Source: Octopus sinensis (taxonomy: Eukaryota). Taken from it: DNA of 64,000 nucleotides. A program made the position numbers and the translations under genes. The notes under the pieces were generated by a model. It had not been told where the DNA came from. It made no database searches and was given only the letters and a program-made list of their open reading frames with translations. Shown one piece after another: positions 13,612-27,199 of the stretch. Positions within the stretch are counted from its first letter, which is position 1. Each line of letters opens with the position of its first letter. The stretch is from the NCBI RefSeq assembly GCF_006345805.1, contig NC_043019.1, positions 7,749,360 through 7,813,359 of the forward strand, in the 5' to 3' direction.

Positions 13612-14567
13612 ATCCTTAATGCGTCTTTCTATACATGATTATGTATCATAGATGGTGCAACAGCACGCTCAGTAGTATCCTAAAACAGAGATAAAAGAAA
13701 TTAATCCCTTATATGGATTTGGAAGCAAAATACCTTTGAAAGTAAGATTAATATTTATAATGAATTTCAATTTACGTGAGATATGTTACTTCGATTTGAA
13801 AGCTGTATCCGCCTTATCAAAGGAGGAAGTACGTCTGTTAAATACATGCTATATCTGCGACGTAGTACAGTTCTTAACGCACCAAGTCCGCGAGGCATTC
13901 GTAAACTGTATCATATTCCGATCAGTGCACCTCACATATGCAATATAAACAGTTTTCCACATGTTGTGTGTACATAGGGAGTACTCCTACGGTTGATAAA
14001 GCTAGGGGATTAAAGCATACTTTGAATTTAAGTTCCAATTACTATTTATTTACTAGATACAGAAGTTAATAAAATAAAATAAATCTAAATTCATCTAATC
14101 TTAGCACCGAATAATGCAAGCAGTAACCATTTGCATACACAAACATTATTATTATTATTAAAAAAACATAGCATGTTATCCCGGATACATTGTGTCTCAT
14201 GTGTTTGTGCTCATATAAAAGTCGTCTCAGCTGCGCTTTCAGAGATGCGAATATATTGGGGTTAATGATGTACGGTTCTACAATATAACAAGTAGGGTTT
14301 TTTTTCGAGTGTACAAGAGTTTTCGGTTTAGCTGTACAATGTTTGAAGAGTTACGATGGTGGAAAGTATGAAGTGCAGGCGCAGCAGTAGATGCATGAAA
14401 AGAACTTTGCTTCTAGCACACACGATTGCTGAATCAATCTCACTGCATATGGTTGCGGGTTCAGTCCCACGGTGTGGCACCTTGGGCAAGTGTTTTCTAC
14501 TATACCCTCGGGCCGACCAATGCTTTGTGAGTGGATTTGGTCGACGGTGTGTGAAAGAATCCCTTCG

Positions 14568-14598
<31 letters not shown>

Positions 14599-14678
14599 TT
14601 CGATACAAAACCACTATTTTGCAAATCAAACAAGGAAAGACTTAATCAATACATAAAAAAATTTAATATAAAGTAAAT

Positions 14679-14732
14679 AAATCGCCACTACAATTGTTTC
14701 ATGTCTTCAAATGACATTCATCAGGTGGATTT
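14679..14732 (-). ncRNA. Type I hammerhead ribozyme (left-arm copy)
   Basis: Reverse complement is AAATCCAC-CTGATGA-ATGTC-ATTTGAA-GACAT-GAAA-CAATTG-TA-GTGGCGATTT, identical to the + strand copy. Confidence 0.85.
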
Positions 14733-14797
14733 CCGATTTCTAGTCCAGTTTTATTTATGAATTAAAACTTCATAAATTAAAACTGACTAGAAGATCG

Positions 14798-14852
14798 GAA
14801 ATCCACCTGATGAATGTCATTTGAAGACATGAAACAATTGTAGTGGCGATTT
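14798..14852 (+). ncRNA. Type I hammerhead ribozyme (right-arm copy)
   Basis: CUGAUGA 14807-14813; stem II ATGTC/GACAT; GAAA 14831-14834; stem III AC/GT with palindromic AATT loop; GUA cleavage triplet 14840-14842; stem I CCAC/GTGG. Confidence 0.88.
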
Positions 14853-15020
14853 ATTTACTTTATATTAAATTTTTTATGTATTGATTAAGTCTTTCCTTGT
14901 TTGATTTGCAAAATAGGGGTTTTGTCTCGAATTAATATTATCATATTTTACTATAAAATTGGATTTCATCCAAATCTGATTTTTTTCCCTGTAATTTTGG
15001 TTTTATTCCCTAATATTTAT

Positions 15021-15072
<52 letters not shown>

Positions 15073-15130
15073 TTATATATATATATATAACATATATATA
15101 TAATATATATATATACATATAATATATAAT

Positions 15131-15162
<32 letters not shown>

Positions 15163-16184
15163 ATAGATGTGTTTGTATATGTTTGTGTGTCTGTGTTTGT
15201 CCTGCCACCATCGCTTGACAACCGATGTTGGCGTGCTTACGTCCACATAACTCAGCGGTTCAGCAAAAAACCCGATACAATAAGTACTAGGCTTACAAAA
15301 AATAATTCCTGGTGTCGATTTGTTCGACTGAATGCGGTTCTCCAGCATGGCTGCAGTCAAATGGCTGAGACAAATAAATGAATAAAAGAATATAAAGTTT
15401 TAATGCTTTCAAATTTTGTCACAAGGTTATCAATTTTATGGGAGAGCTTAATTCGATTATATTGATCCTATTATTCAAACGTTACATATATTATCGATTT
15501 CAAAAGTATGTAAGGCAAAGTCGATCTCGGCAGCATTTGAATCAGAACATACAGACCAACGAAATGCCGCTAAACATTTTATCTGCTGCAGTGAAAATTC
15601 TGCATAGTCTTCGCATACGTAAGAGGTTTAATAATAACAGAAATTATTAATTAATGACTTATACAATTTAATTATATCAATCTTGTTTTAACTGTTTCTA
15701 TTTGTAAAACAATATTCTCTTGCTTACTACACGACTGTGAAAACAATAGATAAGACTTAATAAGTGTGAAACATGTATGATACTGTTGAGGCCATTTCTA
15801 TAATATTGTCGCTATTAAACAGGAAATATAATCGAGTATGGAGACATTTTAGTTTCCTTAAATTATCTCAGAGTCGTTCTAGGTTTTCTCTTTTATTTTT
15901 TACATAAGAACCAAATTTATTTTTCTCTTGTAGTCACATCTATGACAGTATTCCTAAAACCGCTCAAAGTAGAATGTGTTCTTTTGTCTAATAACAGTGA
16001 GTACACACACCACGGATGTACACAAACACACATGTATGCACACACGGACAAACACAAACACGCACACGCATAAAAGTACAGACACACATACACATTGGTG
16101 TTTTGGCATACCAGGACCAATATCTAGTAAATAAAAGTGGTGGCTGTTCATAATACTTCATGAAATCTCTGCTGATTCTTTAAG

Positions 16185-16264
16185 GTGACACATTGGCACT
16201 CAATTCTGGGTGAAGAAATTCCTATTTGTAGCCAAAACAGCTGCGAGCTAATGAATATCTTTAC
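16185..16264 (+). pseudogene. Candidate exon (phase 0 to 2), VTHWHSILGEEIPICSQNSCELMNIF
   Basis: ctgattctttaag|GTG...TTTAC|gtaatt. Open frame; phase-compatible with the candidate at 18074. Confidence 0.35.
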
Positions 16265-16378
16265 GTAATTAAAGTTAGACTGTGTTTTATATATGTGTAT
16301 TTGTGTCTGTGCGTTGTTTCGCATGTGTATGAATACAAAGCGGCTACACATAAATACACACATTCACACTTATATATG

Positions 16379-16450
<72 letters not shown>

Positions 16451-16497
16451 ATATAATATATATATTATATATACACATAATATATATATATTTATAC

Positions 16498-16537
<40 letters not shown>

Positions 16538-16589
16538 ATATATATATATATATGCATATATAATATATACACACATATCTAACAGATGA

Positions 16590-16631
<42 letters not shown>

Positions 16632-16702
16632 TATACATATATATATATGCTTATATATATATATACTTATGTATATATCAATATATATATATGTATTATA
16701 TA

Positions 16703-16754
<52 letters not shown>

Positions 16755-18073
16755 ATATGTATATATGTATGGAAGTATGTATGTCCATATTAGTTCCATT
16801 AGGAGATAAATGCATAGTGAACATTAGAAAAAACAGACGATAAATAGTTGCAAAGATAATTAAAAACGGGTTAATAAAACCACAAACATTTCTGTCATAA
16901 ATTGTGCTGACAAAATTTTTATATCACTCTTAGAAATTTATATTGAATATTTTCTGATCACTTCAAAGTGATTTAGTTTTATTCCGATTACACTTTTTTT
17001 TTTCCTGTTTTGAAAGTTCGTTACACGATTTAGATTACTAATTTTATATACATAGACGTATAAATACATACTAACATACATGTGTAGTGAGAGAGAGAGA
17101 GAAAATGAGAGACAGAGAAAGAGAAAAAGAAATATATTTTCACCTATATATGTATATATACGCGTATAACATATATACGGGAATTTCTATGTGTGTGTCT
17201 ATATATATTTGTGCGTGGGTGTTTTTTTGTGTATGTGACTGTAAACATTTGCTTCTTTTTTATAGACTAACTCGAACATACATATATATATATATATACA
17301 TGCACCCACACACACACATATATACATATGTATGCGTATAACATATTATATATACGAGAATTTTTATGTATATATTTACTCTCGCTTTCCCTTTCTCTCT
17401 CCCTCTCCCTCCTCTCTCTCTTTCTATATATATATTTATGTACATATATGTGTTTGTGTCTGAATGTGTGTTTTGTGGTTTGTGTGTGTGTGTGTGTGCA
17501 TGTGTGTGTGTGTGCATGTGTGTGTATGCATGTGTGTGAATGTATATCAGACAGTGATACATACAAATGTCCGTTTATATCTATAAAAAAAAAGTGACAG
17601 AATTGATGATAATGGTTGTTTTGTTGTAATAGGTGTGGGTGGTGGAAATATTTAATTCGGTTCATGCCATAGCTACTGTCGTAGCTGTTGTTGTTGTTGT
17701 TGTTGTTCATGTTGCCGGTTTCCTTTTGTTCTTAGACATATTATCGACAGTGGTACAAGAACATAAACAATGATTTAGCCACAGATAGATTTCGATCTAG
17801 CATAAATATGATGAAATATATGCGAACCATAACGAAATTTCGGGCCTTCTCTTTGTATGATTGCTTGGTTTATTCGGAAGAATTATTGTTGTGTCTTTCT
17901 GCATTTTCACTCAACTAAATTAGGAAATAACAAACGAAATACTTCTGTATCTAACGACAATCGTTCCAAACGGACGTTGTATCTTGTATAAACCTCCCTA
18001 TACATCATACGACCCATAAATATTACGATGACCTTCCTGTCTGTAATCCGTTCTTATTTTCCATTTCGTGCAG

Positions 18074-18126
18074 ATACGGGAACATAGACAACAGAAATAC
18101 TGCCCTGACTAGTTATAGATGCATAG
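18074..18126 (+). pseudogene. Candidate exon (phase 2 to 1), YGNIDNRNTALTSYRCI
   Basis: Strong acceptor ttcttattttccatttcgtgcag| and donor CATAG|gtaaca. Only one frame is open. Confidence 0.45.
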
Positions 18127-18680
18127 GTAACATAAACGTAGAAATGAAAATTGGATATGCTCTTTTATACGTTTGTAATTGTAGACGGTCCAACATCCCA
18201 GAAAAAAATCAACAAATCGAATGAAATTGTGGAGAGAGAACATGATTTGGAAGCATTAATATAAATGAAGACTATGGCCAAATGGTCACCGTGAATATTT
18301 TAGTGCTAAGGGGTTAAAACGTTTGCTTCTTAGTTTCGATATTCCACATACCATCCCCCGACTTAGCGTCCGGGAGAAATGTATTTTGCTATTGTTAAGT
18401 TAGAGAAAAGCCCTGGGAGTAGAATTCGAGAGACAAAAACAGGCCGGTAGCTGTGATACATTTGCACTAAAATAGTATCGAAACGATTCAGTAAATTGAA
18501 CCAAATGAATTCATAAAGTGGAAACACAGGGAAATCTGTTTACTATTTCCAGAATTATCTGACACACACACACACACAAAGAATTTTAAATTAAATTGCT
18601 TTGAGACAATGTAACTAACATCAAGATTTACACTGCTCATGCATTTCTTTACATCTACGCGTATGTTCTGCTGTTTGAAG

Positions 18681-18927
18681 TGTATTTGGTGTTTGAAACC
18701 GAACAAACCGTTGTGAGAATTATCTTGAACTCGAGTGAATAAGATTTTAGAACAATAGATTAATGTGCAACTAGTTCTGGTGATTGCATTAAATCCTTTC
18801 GTGGCACGAATGTTGATGTCCTTGTAGAGGTTAGACAGCCATCAGGCGCGAAACGCTTTCTATATGCATAAGAGAAACAACCATTAAGCGCCACCTACTT
18901 ATCTTCTGGAAGCCATTTTATATACAC
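18681..18927 (+). pseudogene. Candidate decayed exon with in-frame TAA codons
   Basis: Phase-1 start fits the previous exon: VYLVFETEQTVVRIILNSSE*DFRTID*CATSSGDCIKSFRGTNVDVLVE. Possible donor at 18829 (gttaga) or, reading on in frame through a third TAA, at 18927 (gtaagc). Confidence 0.3.
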
Positions 18928-19071
18928 GTAAGCAGCACTAGAAAGGCACCTGAAAGATCGCTTAAACGTGAAACTTACGCAACTGCATATAGATCTCGTC
19001 GGATAAATAAATGTATAAAATAAATACAGAATTAAATGAATAATGTTTTGTGTTTATCGGTATGAACATGG

Positions 19072-19118
<47 letters not shown>

Positions 19119-19119
19119 C

Positions 19120-19206
<87 letters not shown>

Positions 19207-19242
19207 ATAGGTACTGTATATGTATATGTATATGTATATATA

Positions 19243-19273
<31 letters not shown>

Positions 19274-19369
19274 GATATAGATATATATATATATAAATGC
19301 GTGTGTGTATGCGCACTTAGCCATATGCATGAATATAAACTTAATATTATACACACATATTCAAATTAA

Positions 19370-19413
19370 TAATAATCACAATAACAACCCAAGTAACAAT
19401 AACAATAACAATA

Positions 19414-19444
<31 letters not shown>

Positions 19445-19469
19445 TAATAATAATGATAATAATAATAAC

Positions 19470-19534
<65 letters not shown>

Positions 19535-19535
19535 G
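19370..19535. repeat. (AAT)n microsatellite
   Basis: Directly visible. Confidence 0.95.
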
Positions 19536-20459
19536 GTTATTAAAAATAATGCTATAATAAGAAAGATAAAACAAAATAAAGTACAAGCGAGTATAAAAAT
19601 AATTGCAAAAGCAAGAAAAAACAAAAAAAATGCCTACAAAGAAACATAGGTTAGGTTATGAATTATTAATAAATATCCTTCAAAGGCTATATAAATTTAT
19701 TAATGGAATAAATCAGTAATCTAGAAATTTGCTAACATCAAAAAGATAGACAAGCAAATATATGTACGTAGGAACATGATTATATATATATATATGTATG
19801 TACATACGTAACTACGGATGAACGTAAAAAGGTATATGTAAGTATGCGTGTGTGTATGTGTGCGTGTGTGTGTGTGTTTGTATATGTGTACGTATGTATG
19901 TATATGCTTAAATATATATATGTGCCTATATATATACATATATATATATATATGCATAAATATATATATATATGTAAATTTATGCATGCATACATATATA
20001 TATATACATATATATTAATGTATGTGTGTGTGTTTGTGTATGAGCATAAGGGTGTATACATATATATTAATGTATTTATATACACACTTATGCTCATACA
20101 CAAACACACACACATATATGTATATATTTATGTATATGTGTAAATGTATGTATTGACCATACACAATATAAATAAAAATGCAGACAGATACCATGAAACG
20201 AAAATTATATAAACTTCAAAAAGAAATCTTGGTAATAGAAAACTATGAAGGCAAAATTAATAATAATATTAATAATTTATGTATTTGCCACAAGGTTGGC
20301 GGATAAGCGAACGTTAAAGAGAGAACGGATAAGATAGCAATTTTTTAGAAAGAATCGAATGTAAACATGAAGATTTTTTTAAAAGTTCTTTAAAAATTTG
20401 CCTTGGAAATTTTCGGTTTAGTATTCCAGAGACTGGAGAGATGCGTTGAAGAAACAACC

Positions 20460-20785
20460 ATGCTTTTATCAGCTATCGTTTGCTTCAGTTTTTAGACTTT
20501 GTCCATCAAGGGCATCGCCTTGAAGTTTTTTTCGTCGAAAGAATCTACATCAATATCTAAACTTGTTATTCTTATTTTAACCTGAAACTATTTTATCGGA
20601 CATGTTTGCTGAACCGCTGTGCTACTGATATTTAAACACACCAATAGCAGCTGTCAAGGAGTGCTGACGGACGAGCACAGACCGAAACTCTCACACAAAC
20701 ACACACATATAGTAGATCCAATGATAAGACTTTGGCCTGCCCGCAGCTATACTAGAGGACATTAACCGAAGATGCCACACTTGCT
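20460..20785 (-). mobile_element. Degraded SINE family A copy
   Basis: Diverged reverse-complement match to the 30532/52046 copies (GTTTGCTGAACCGCT...ACACACCAATAGCAGCTGTCAAG...CTATACTAGAGGACA). Confidence 0.55.
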
Positions 20786-21144
20786 AAACCTCTACATCAG
20801 TCTTAACCACAATTTAGTGAATTTCCTAGGGAACTGGACCTATCGTTTTACCTGTGCGTTGTCTCCTCGTGATACATGAAAAATGATTCAGGATTAACCA
20901 AAATAGAGACTGGCTATTCTAATGAATTTCCTTGTCAGTGGTTGAATTTGTCATAGCAAAATAAAGAAGCGTCTGCTCATTCTGTTGTTTCATTCACCAA
21001 GTAAAGCTTTTTTTTCCGTAGGTGCATGATAGAACCAAAAACTATCAGCGACTGGTCTAATTTATTCGTTCTGGAAGTTGCTTGTACATACTGGGTCCTG
21101 ACCCATTAAGTACAAACACGCACACACACACATACACCCCATTC

Positions 21145-21210
<66 letters not shown>

Positions 21211-21900
21211 CTCCACAAGCAGACAGCCACCTCCTCTCCCCGACCACATGGTTATTCAGTCACAGGGTTACTCACTTACAACTGAGCGGAGTGGAACGAC
21301 TTGAAATGAAATGTTTATTCTCAAGAAGAAAATGCGCAGCCCGTCTGGGAATCGAAACAATAACTTCAGCTTACTTATAGGCCACACGCCTACACACAAG
21401 CACGCACGTGCACACACATGCACACACAAACACACACACACTGAACAGACAGATATAATTCTTTTTTTACTATTGAACTCGGAGTAGTAAATCTGTATTT
21501 CATAACGTAAAGAAGATCGTTTGCATAAAATAAAAGATATCTGCCCTAGAAATGCAGGCCCAGATTTCTCGAAAACCTCGCTGGCTTACAATGAAGGGAT
21601 GTTTTTATTTTAACCCAATATTTACGCGCCATTATTCATAGCTTCATGACTCTGTGTTAAAACGAATGAATTATTTCGCGTTCTCTCAGACTTTCTATGT
21701 TCTTATCTCGTTTAATACGGACACTGCTTGTGTACAGTTTGTACAATGGCCAGAGAAATATGAAGGATCACTTTGGTTAAATGCTAGTACATCAGTCATG
21801 TTTACGAATGACGTTTGTTTGACTCCAAGTGGCAGGCTTCGAAATTTTATATACAAAAGATTTGTAACGACAATACACAAACAAACGCACACATACACAA

Positions 21901-21933
<33 letters not shown>

Positions 21934-22039
21934 CATAATACATGCACATGTAATACTGACGTCATAAAAAGTTTGTAAACTTTCGAGGGAAACAGAAATA
22001 ATTCTTTCGTGGAATTGAGATTCAGGAAGCACATTAAAC

Positions 22040-22178
<139 letters not shown>

Positions 22179-25100
22179 ATATGCGTATTTACGTTCGTCA
22201 GTCTGTGCGTATTTATCTATTTATAAAGAAACCATTGAAAAGACATGACTTTCTGGCATAAAAGTTAAGTCGACAATTCAGTGTCAAAACCAAAATGCCA
22301 AGCTTGATATCTCAGGTTTCTGTTTGCGTTTGGATATTTGTTATATAATTCTATATTTGTGTTTGCTGAACTTTGGTTATCGTCTGCTCTACAGCTTCCG
22401 CATTGGCAACTAACAATATCTACTAGTTTACTTGTAGACAGGATAATCATGAGAAATCAAATACCGTAAATTTAATAACTGAGGAAATGTGCAAATATAT
22501 TACGTTTGCTCTTGATTGTGTGAGAATACATAATCTAAGTTCATATGTAAATATATGTCTTCCGAACTATTTTTATACTACAATTTGACGATATTAGCAA
22601 CGTGGTGAGAATGATTTTGCTACTGAGAGGCCCTAATCGATCAGGCATGAGTAAATGCACTGCATCCATGGCTGTTCAGATCTTGTTGAAGTTGCTACAA
22701 TTTCATTCTTAAATATGTTCTCAGCGTTTTATTTCAGGGTTATTTAGTTACTAGTTTTAGCTGGTTGAGCGACTATACAAAGACACTTCGTTAAGAGATT
22801 GAATAGTGGCTTTGAAAATTTTTAACGCTTACTAAAGAAGAATAGAATAACCGCGTGTATCTCTCTTCATTGGACATCGACTCTACCTGCTTACTCAATA
22901 TTTGTGGGAGGAAGGGTGTAATTTAATGCAAGTTGGGGATCGAGGCCGATAAATGGCAATCCAATGAAATTTTCTAAGACATCCAAGGACGAGGAATTTA
23001 TATGAAATTAAGGGAGAGATAAGAATCTACAAGCGAAGAAAGGAAAATGTAAATTGCTGAGACAAAATATTCAAGATGACTCCACCGATGTACGAACATT
23101 TCTGACCAATTCTCTGGCAAGATTTGACACTGCCATGGTTAGATAAGGCATTAAATTTTATCGCTATGGCAACTTAAAACACTGTACAGAAATCCAGAGC
23201 AAAGAATACAATCTACTTCTTAATTGTACATCTAAACAAAGTTTCCGATCCCTTTTGTTGTAGCCATTGTCTACTGAAAAGTTAACGGACCTCAAGCAAA
23301 CACGTGATCACATGCGTTCCATCTATGGCTGTCTTATCTTCGTTTTCGGCAACAATAATATCTAATACATACTTACTTCGTTGAAATCATCAGAGTGTAA
23401 TATCTGAGACACTTGACAGTTATATCTATCAGAGAGCGCAACCATGTAGAGGCAAGCATGCAATAATTTATTTAAAAAAAAATCTGTCGATTTTTTTTAT
23501 CCAACCAATTACATTCGACTGGTGTTATTACAACTATATTACTCTAAGTTTCAAGTGTTTGATAATATTCGAGGTGTTGAGGTTCTGTTGTCGTTGAGTA
23601 TCCCAAATGTAGCCAGTGATACAGCAAGCATTCAGCAAAGTCCTTCTCCTCAATACCCACACCCTTTAGTTCAAGCACAATGTACCTGAAACTGTCATTA
23701 TGAGGATGGAATGACGTAATTTATCCTAAAGATTTCTGCGGTTCCTAATAAGTTAGACGACCCCTATAGTCACCTGGCTTTCTCTTGCTGTTACTAAAAC
23801 TTCATTTAGCTCGTTCATCTTACGTGATTTGTGATAACCTACACAGATGTTGCTTGTCTGTAGAGAGCCTTTAATAGCCGCAACATTTGCAGCATATTAG
23901 AAAAGATTGTTATTAGAAACGATTGAATAAGCCTTGTCTGCTCTGTTATTAACATTGAGTTCGCTTCGCTTGTTTGTGTCCGAGTAAAGTAATTTGTTTA
24001 CAGATATTTACATCTATATATGTATCTGTATTTACATTCGTATTGTAATATCTCTCTACCTTTCTCTCTCTTTCTCTCTCATGCACACGCATACACACGC
24101 ATCACAGACAGGCACATACTGATGAATCTTCTAGCGTCACAACTTTCCTTTCTGCCTCACCTTCTACTTTTCTTTTTCTTGATGTATTCCTCTTTCTCTG
24201 CTTCCTACTGTATAATCCTCTCTGTCTCTGACAACCTATGTCGCTACCTAGTCTCTCTCTCTCTCTCTCTCGCTCTCTCTCTATCTCTCTTCAGTCGCCA
24301 TCTTTATTCCGCATAAGTTTTGATTAATATAGAACCACAAATATTTACAAGCGCCAGCAAGAGAATCGCCGAGCATCTCCTTTAGATTAAACTTTAAAAG
24401 AATTAAAATTTGGTGGATGTAAGTTCAAATTAAAGTCAGGAGCAAATGAAATATTTTCTGATAGAATTTGCTATAAATAAAGCTTCTTTTACCAAAGAGG
24501 GCATTTCAAGATAATATTTTTCGATCATTTCAGCAAATAAGAGGATTCTGTCGAACGTTGTTGATTCCATCATATCTGTAGAAATTTCAGACCCTTCCCG
24601 AACTCCAAATTTTCTGATCCCTGCTCTAAGCTTCAAAGGGATTCGTACTGCATGGAAGGAATAAATGCACCCAGCAGTTTCTACAAAAGCAAAAGAAAGA
24701 TAAAAATGGATGTGACAAACTCTATTAAAGAAGAAGAGCACCAGATCTCAGACTTTTACACATCTTGGTTCGTCCCTATGAGATTGGTTGTCCTACCAAT
24801 GAACGTACTTTTTGTTCTGCAATTTGATGAATTTCATCAGACACTTCACGAACGTATCTGATGCTGGAATTTACTAAAAGCTAAGTGGCTCCAAGGACCA
24901 CGAATCACCAGAAATAAGGTGTTGTTTCGCTTTTCCTCTTTGCTAGTCATGAACATAGCAGCAGTTTGGCAACTTCTGTCAGAAACTGCATGTAATCGGT
25001 GCTTACCATTCATTATTGAACAAAATGTTTAAAACTTTTGAAGTATGAATCGATCTTTTTGAAGATAAGCTGTCTGGCTATCTTTCAGAAGATGACTAGA

Positions 25101-25366
25101 CAGTTTCTTGTGGCAAAGAGGGAGATAGAGGGATTGAAAGAGGGATAGTGAGATGGAGAGTGGGAAATATAAGGCAATCCTTATATTGCCTTATATTCCC
25201 ATTATAAAAATATAATGGAAATTATATCGCACCTATTAAAAATTATTGCTTCATTTATCCAAATCTTAGGGATGAAAAACAAAATTCGGAATCAGGTTTT
25301 GCATTTAGATCATAAGTAGAAGGAACAACCAAGGCAAAGCGTTCTTTTCCGGACATTAAGTTCTAG

Positions 25367-25573
25367 GCAACTTTGTCACCGCTGGGGACATATTGCCGAG
25401 TTGATCGACATGTGGCTTTCATTGAATCACTTGTATCTCCACTCGTAGCAATGATAAAACAAGAACATGATAGTAAACGAGTGGCTTGTCTACCTGAACA
25501 ATCCGACGTACCTGCCTTCCCAAAAGGAAGCATTCGATCCTGTCTGTAGAAGTACACAGCTGCTGTTAATCAG
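25367..25573 (+). pseudogene. Candidate exon (phase 0 to 0) with one in-frame TAG
   Basis: aagttctag|GCA...AATCAG|gtaggt. 69 codons: ATLSPLGTYCRVDRHVAFIESLVSPLVAMIKQEHDSKRVACLPEQSDVPAFPKGSIRSCL*KYTAAVNQ. Confidence 0.4.
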
Positions 25574-27199
25574 GTAGGTTAATATCAATCCAAAGTCAAT
25601 TTAAAATAAATTTGAACCAGCAACGCCGATTCGGGCTTAAATAGCAACAATTGAACCATCAACAAAATGAAAAATAATGCAACATATATCTAGAATGAAA
25701 GACGTCGATATGTCAGGATTGAAATTAAAAATACAGACGGTTGTTTGGCCAGATGAAAAGCTCTGAGTGATGCGGAAGTTGATTGTTAAATGTATAAAAT
25801 GATATGAATAAACAGGTTATTTCTTTCCCTGTCAAGACAGGAATTGTTTTTCTTATATGCAACAATGACTTTTAGAGAAATTAAATCAAAATATTGAGAA
25901 GTAACACAGTTAGTATTCGGTATATCATGCAAAAATTTCCTCTAAATTTTCAGTTTTCATAAAATATAAAAAAATGTGTGTAGGAACATATAATTGCAAA
26001 TATGTACACACACACACACACACACATAGACACACACACAAACACACACACACACATAGACACACACACAAACACACACACACACGCACTCACGCACAAC
26101 CATGTCTATATCAATGGACTTCTATAAACTTACATGCATTGACACACGCAGGCACACAAACACACACGCACGCGCACACACACATATACATTTGTACATA
26201 TATACTCACATACGTGTGCATAATACATAAATAAATGTTCAAGAGTAAATGTGTGTATATAATATATATGTGTGTGTGTGTGTGTATGTGCATGAGAGTA
26301 TGTTTATGTATGTGTGTGTATGTACAAGCATTTCCTGCGAATATGATCAAACACACAGGCAAAAATAACGTAAGTAAACCCCACGTAATTACACACACGC
26401 ACACACATACATACAAAACATAAATACACCTTACACATACAGATTCGCAAGCTTACACAACACATCCACATAGATGCATATAAGTAAATTAAATTATATA
26501 GAAAAAGAGCCCATAAAACGGTTTTAGACAAGAATACATCTTACCAATGCCATTATACAAAACAGAGAAAAAAATGTGACAAAACAAAGACTATTTGCTA
26601 ATATTGAGAAATCCCTGGCGGGTTTTTGAAAACTACTTTTCGATCACAAATTTTAAGTTTATTGAATGTGAATAAATAAACACGTCGAAACAGGAAACAA
26701 AAGAAAGAAGAAAGAAAATGGTGAAAACGTAAATGGAGAACTAACAAAGAGACGCAAGAATAAAATATAGGAATTTCTTTGAGACGGTAAATGTTTTATG
26801 GAATCTCTGCATGAATTTCACCAAGTCGAAATAATTTTTCATGTTTGGAATTTTCTTTTGCTGAATTTTCGGCCATAACGACCAACCCAACCCATATCTC
26901 CGGAAAGCATAGCAATACAAACGAAAATAATAATAATACATAATAAAAAAAATGAAATAATTAAACGCCTGTAACCTGTACGTGGATTTATGCTAGAACA
27001 CGTAGGAACACATAAAAGCTCATACGTACAAAAATACATACATACATACACATACCTACACACTGGGTCACTCAGAGGTCCAATCATTCATACATACAAG
27101 CGCACGCGCGAACACAATTTCTTTCCACCGCGTTAGCATCGGTGTCACCCATCCATTGACCCTCCCTTTTTCTTGTTCCTTCATCATGTTGAATCATTG

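Larger units (their letters stand above)
14589..14941. repeat. Near-perfect ~350-bp palindrome (inverted Penelope-like pLTR)
   Basis: Arms of ~170 bp read as reverse complements around a ~7-nt spacer at 14762-14768. By eye there are about two substitutions and a few 1-nt indels. The ORF track shows mirror peptides MICKIVVLYRINII (-) and MICKIGVLSRINII (+). Confidence 0.95.
14420..15390 (+). mobile_element. SINE family A copy split by an insertion in its internal (TA)n linker
   Basis: 5' module 14420-14568 (GGTTCAGTCCCAC...CACCTTGGGCAAGTG...GTGGATTTGGT). 3' module 15170-15390 (CTTGACAACCGATG...CTCCAGCATGGCTGCAGTCAAATGGCTGAGACAA). In intact copies the modules are separated only by a short (TA)n(TG)n. 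Confidence 0.85.

Noticed and set aside
22900-23250. Possible PIF/Harbinger transposase remnant (FKMTPPMYEHF)
   Set aside because: Similarity limited to a few residues in a heavily broken frame.
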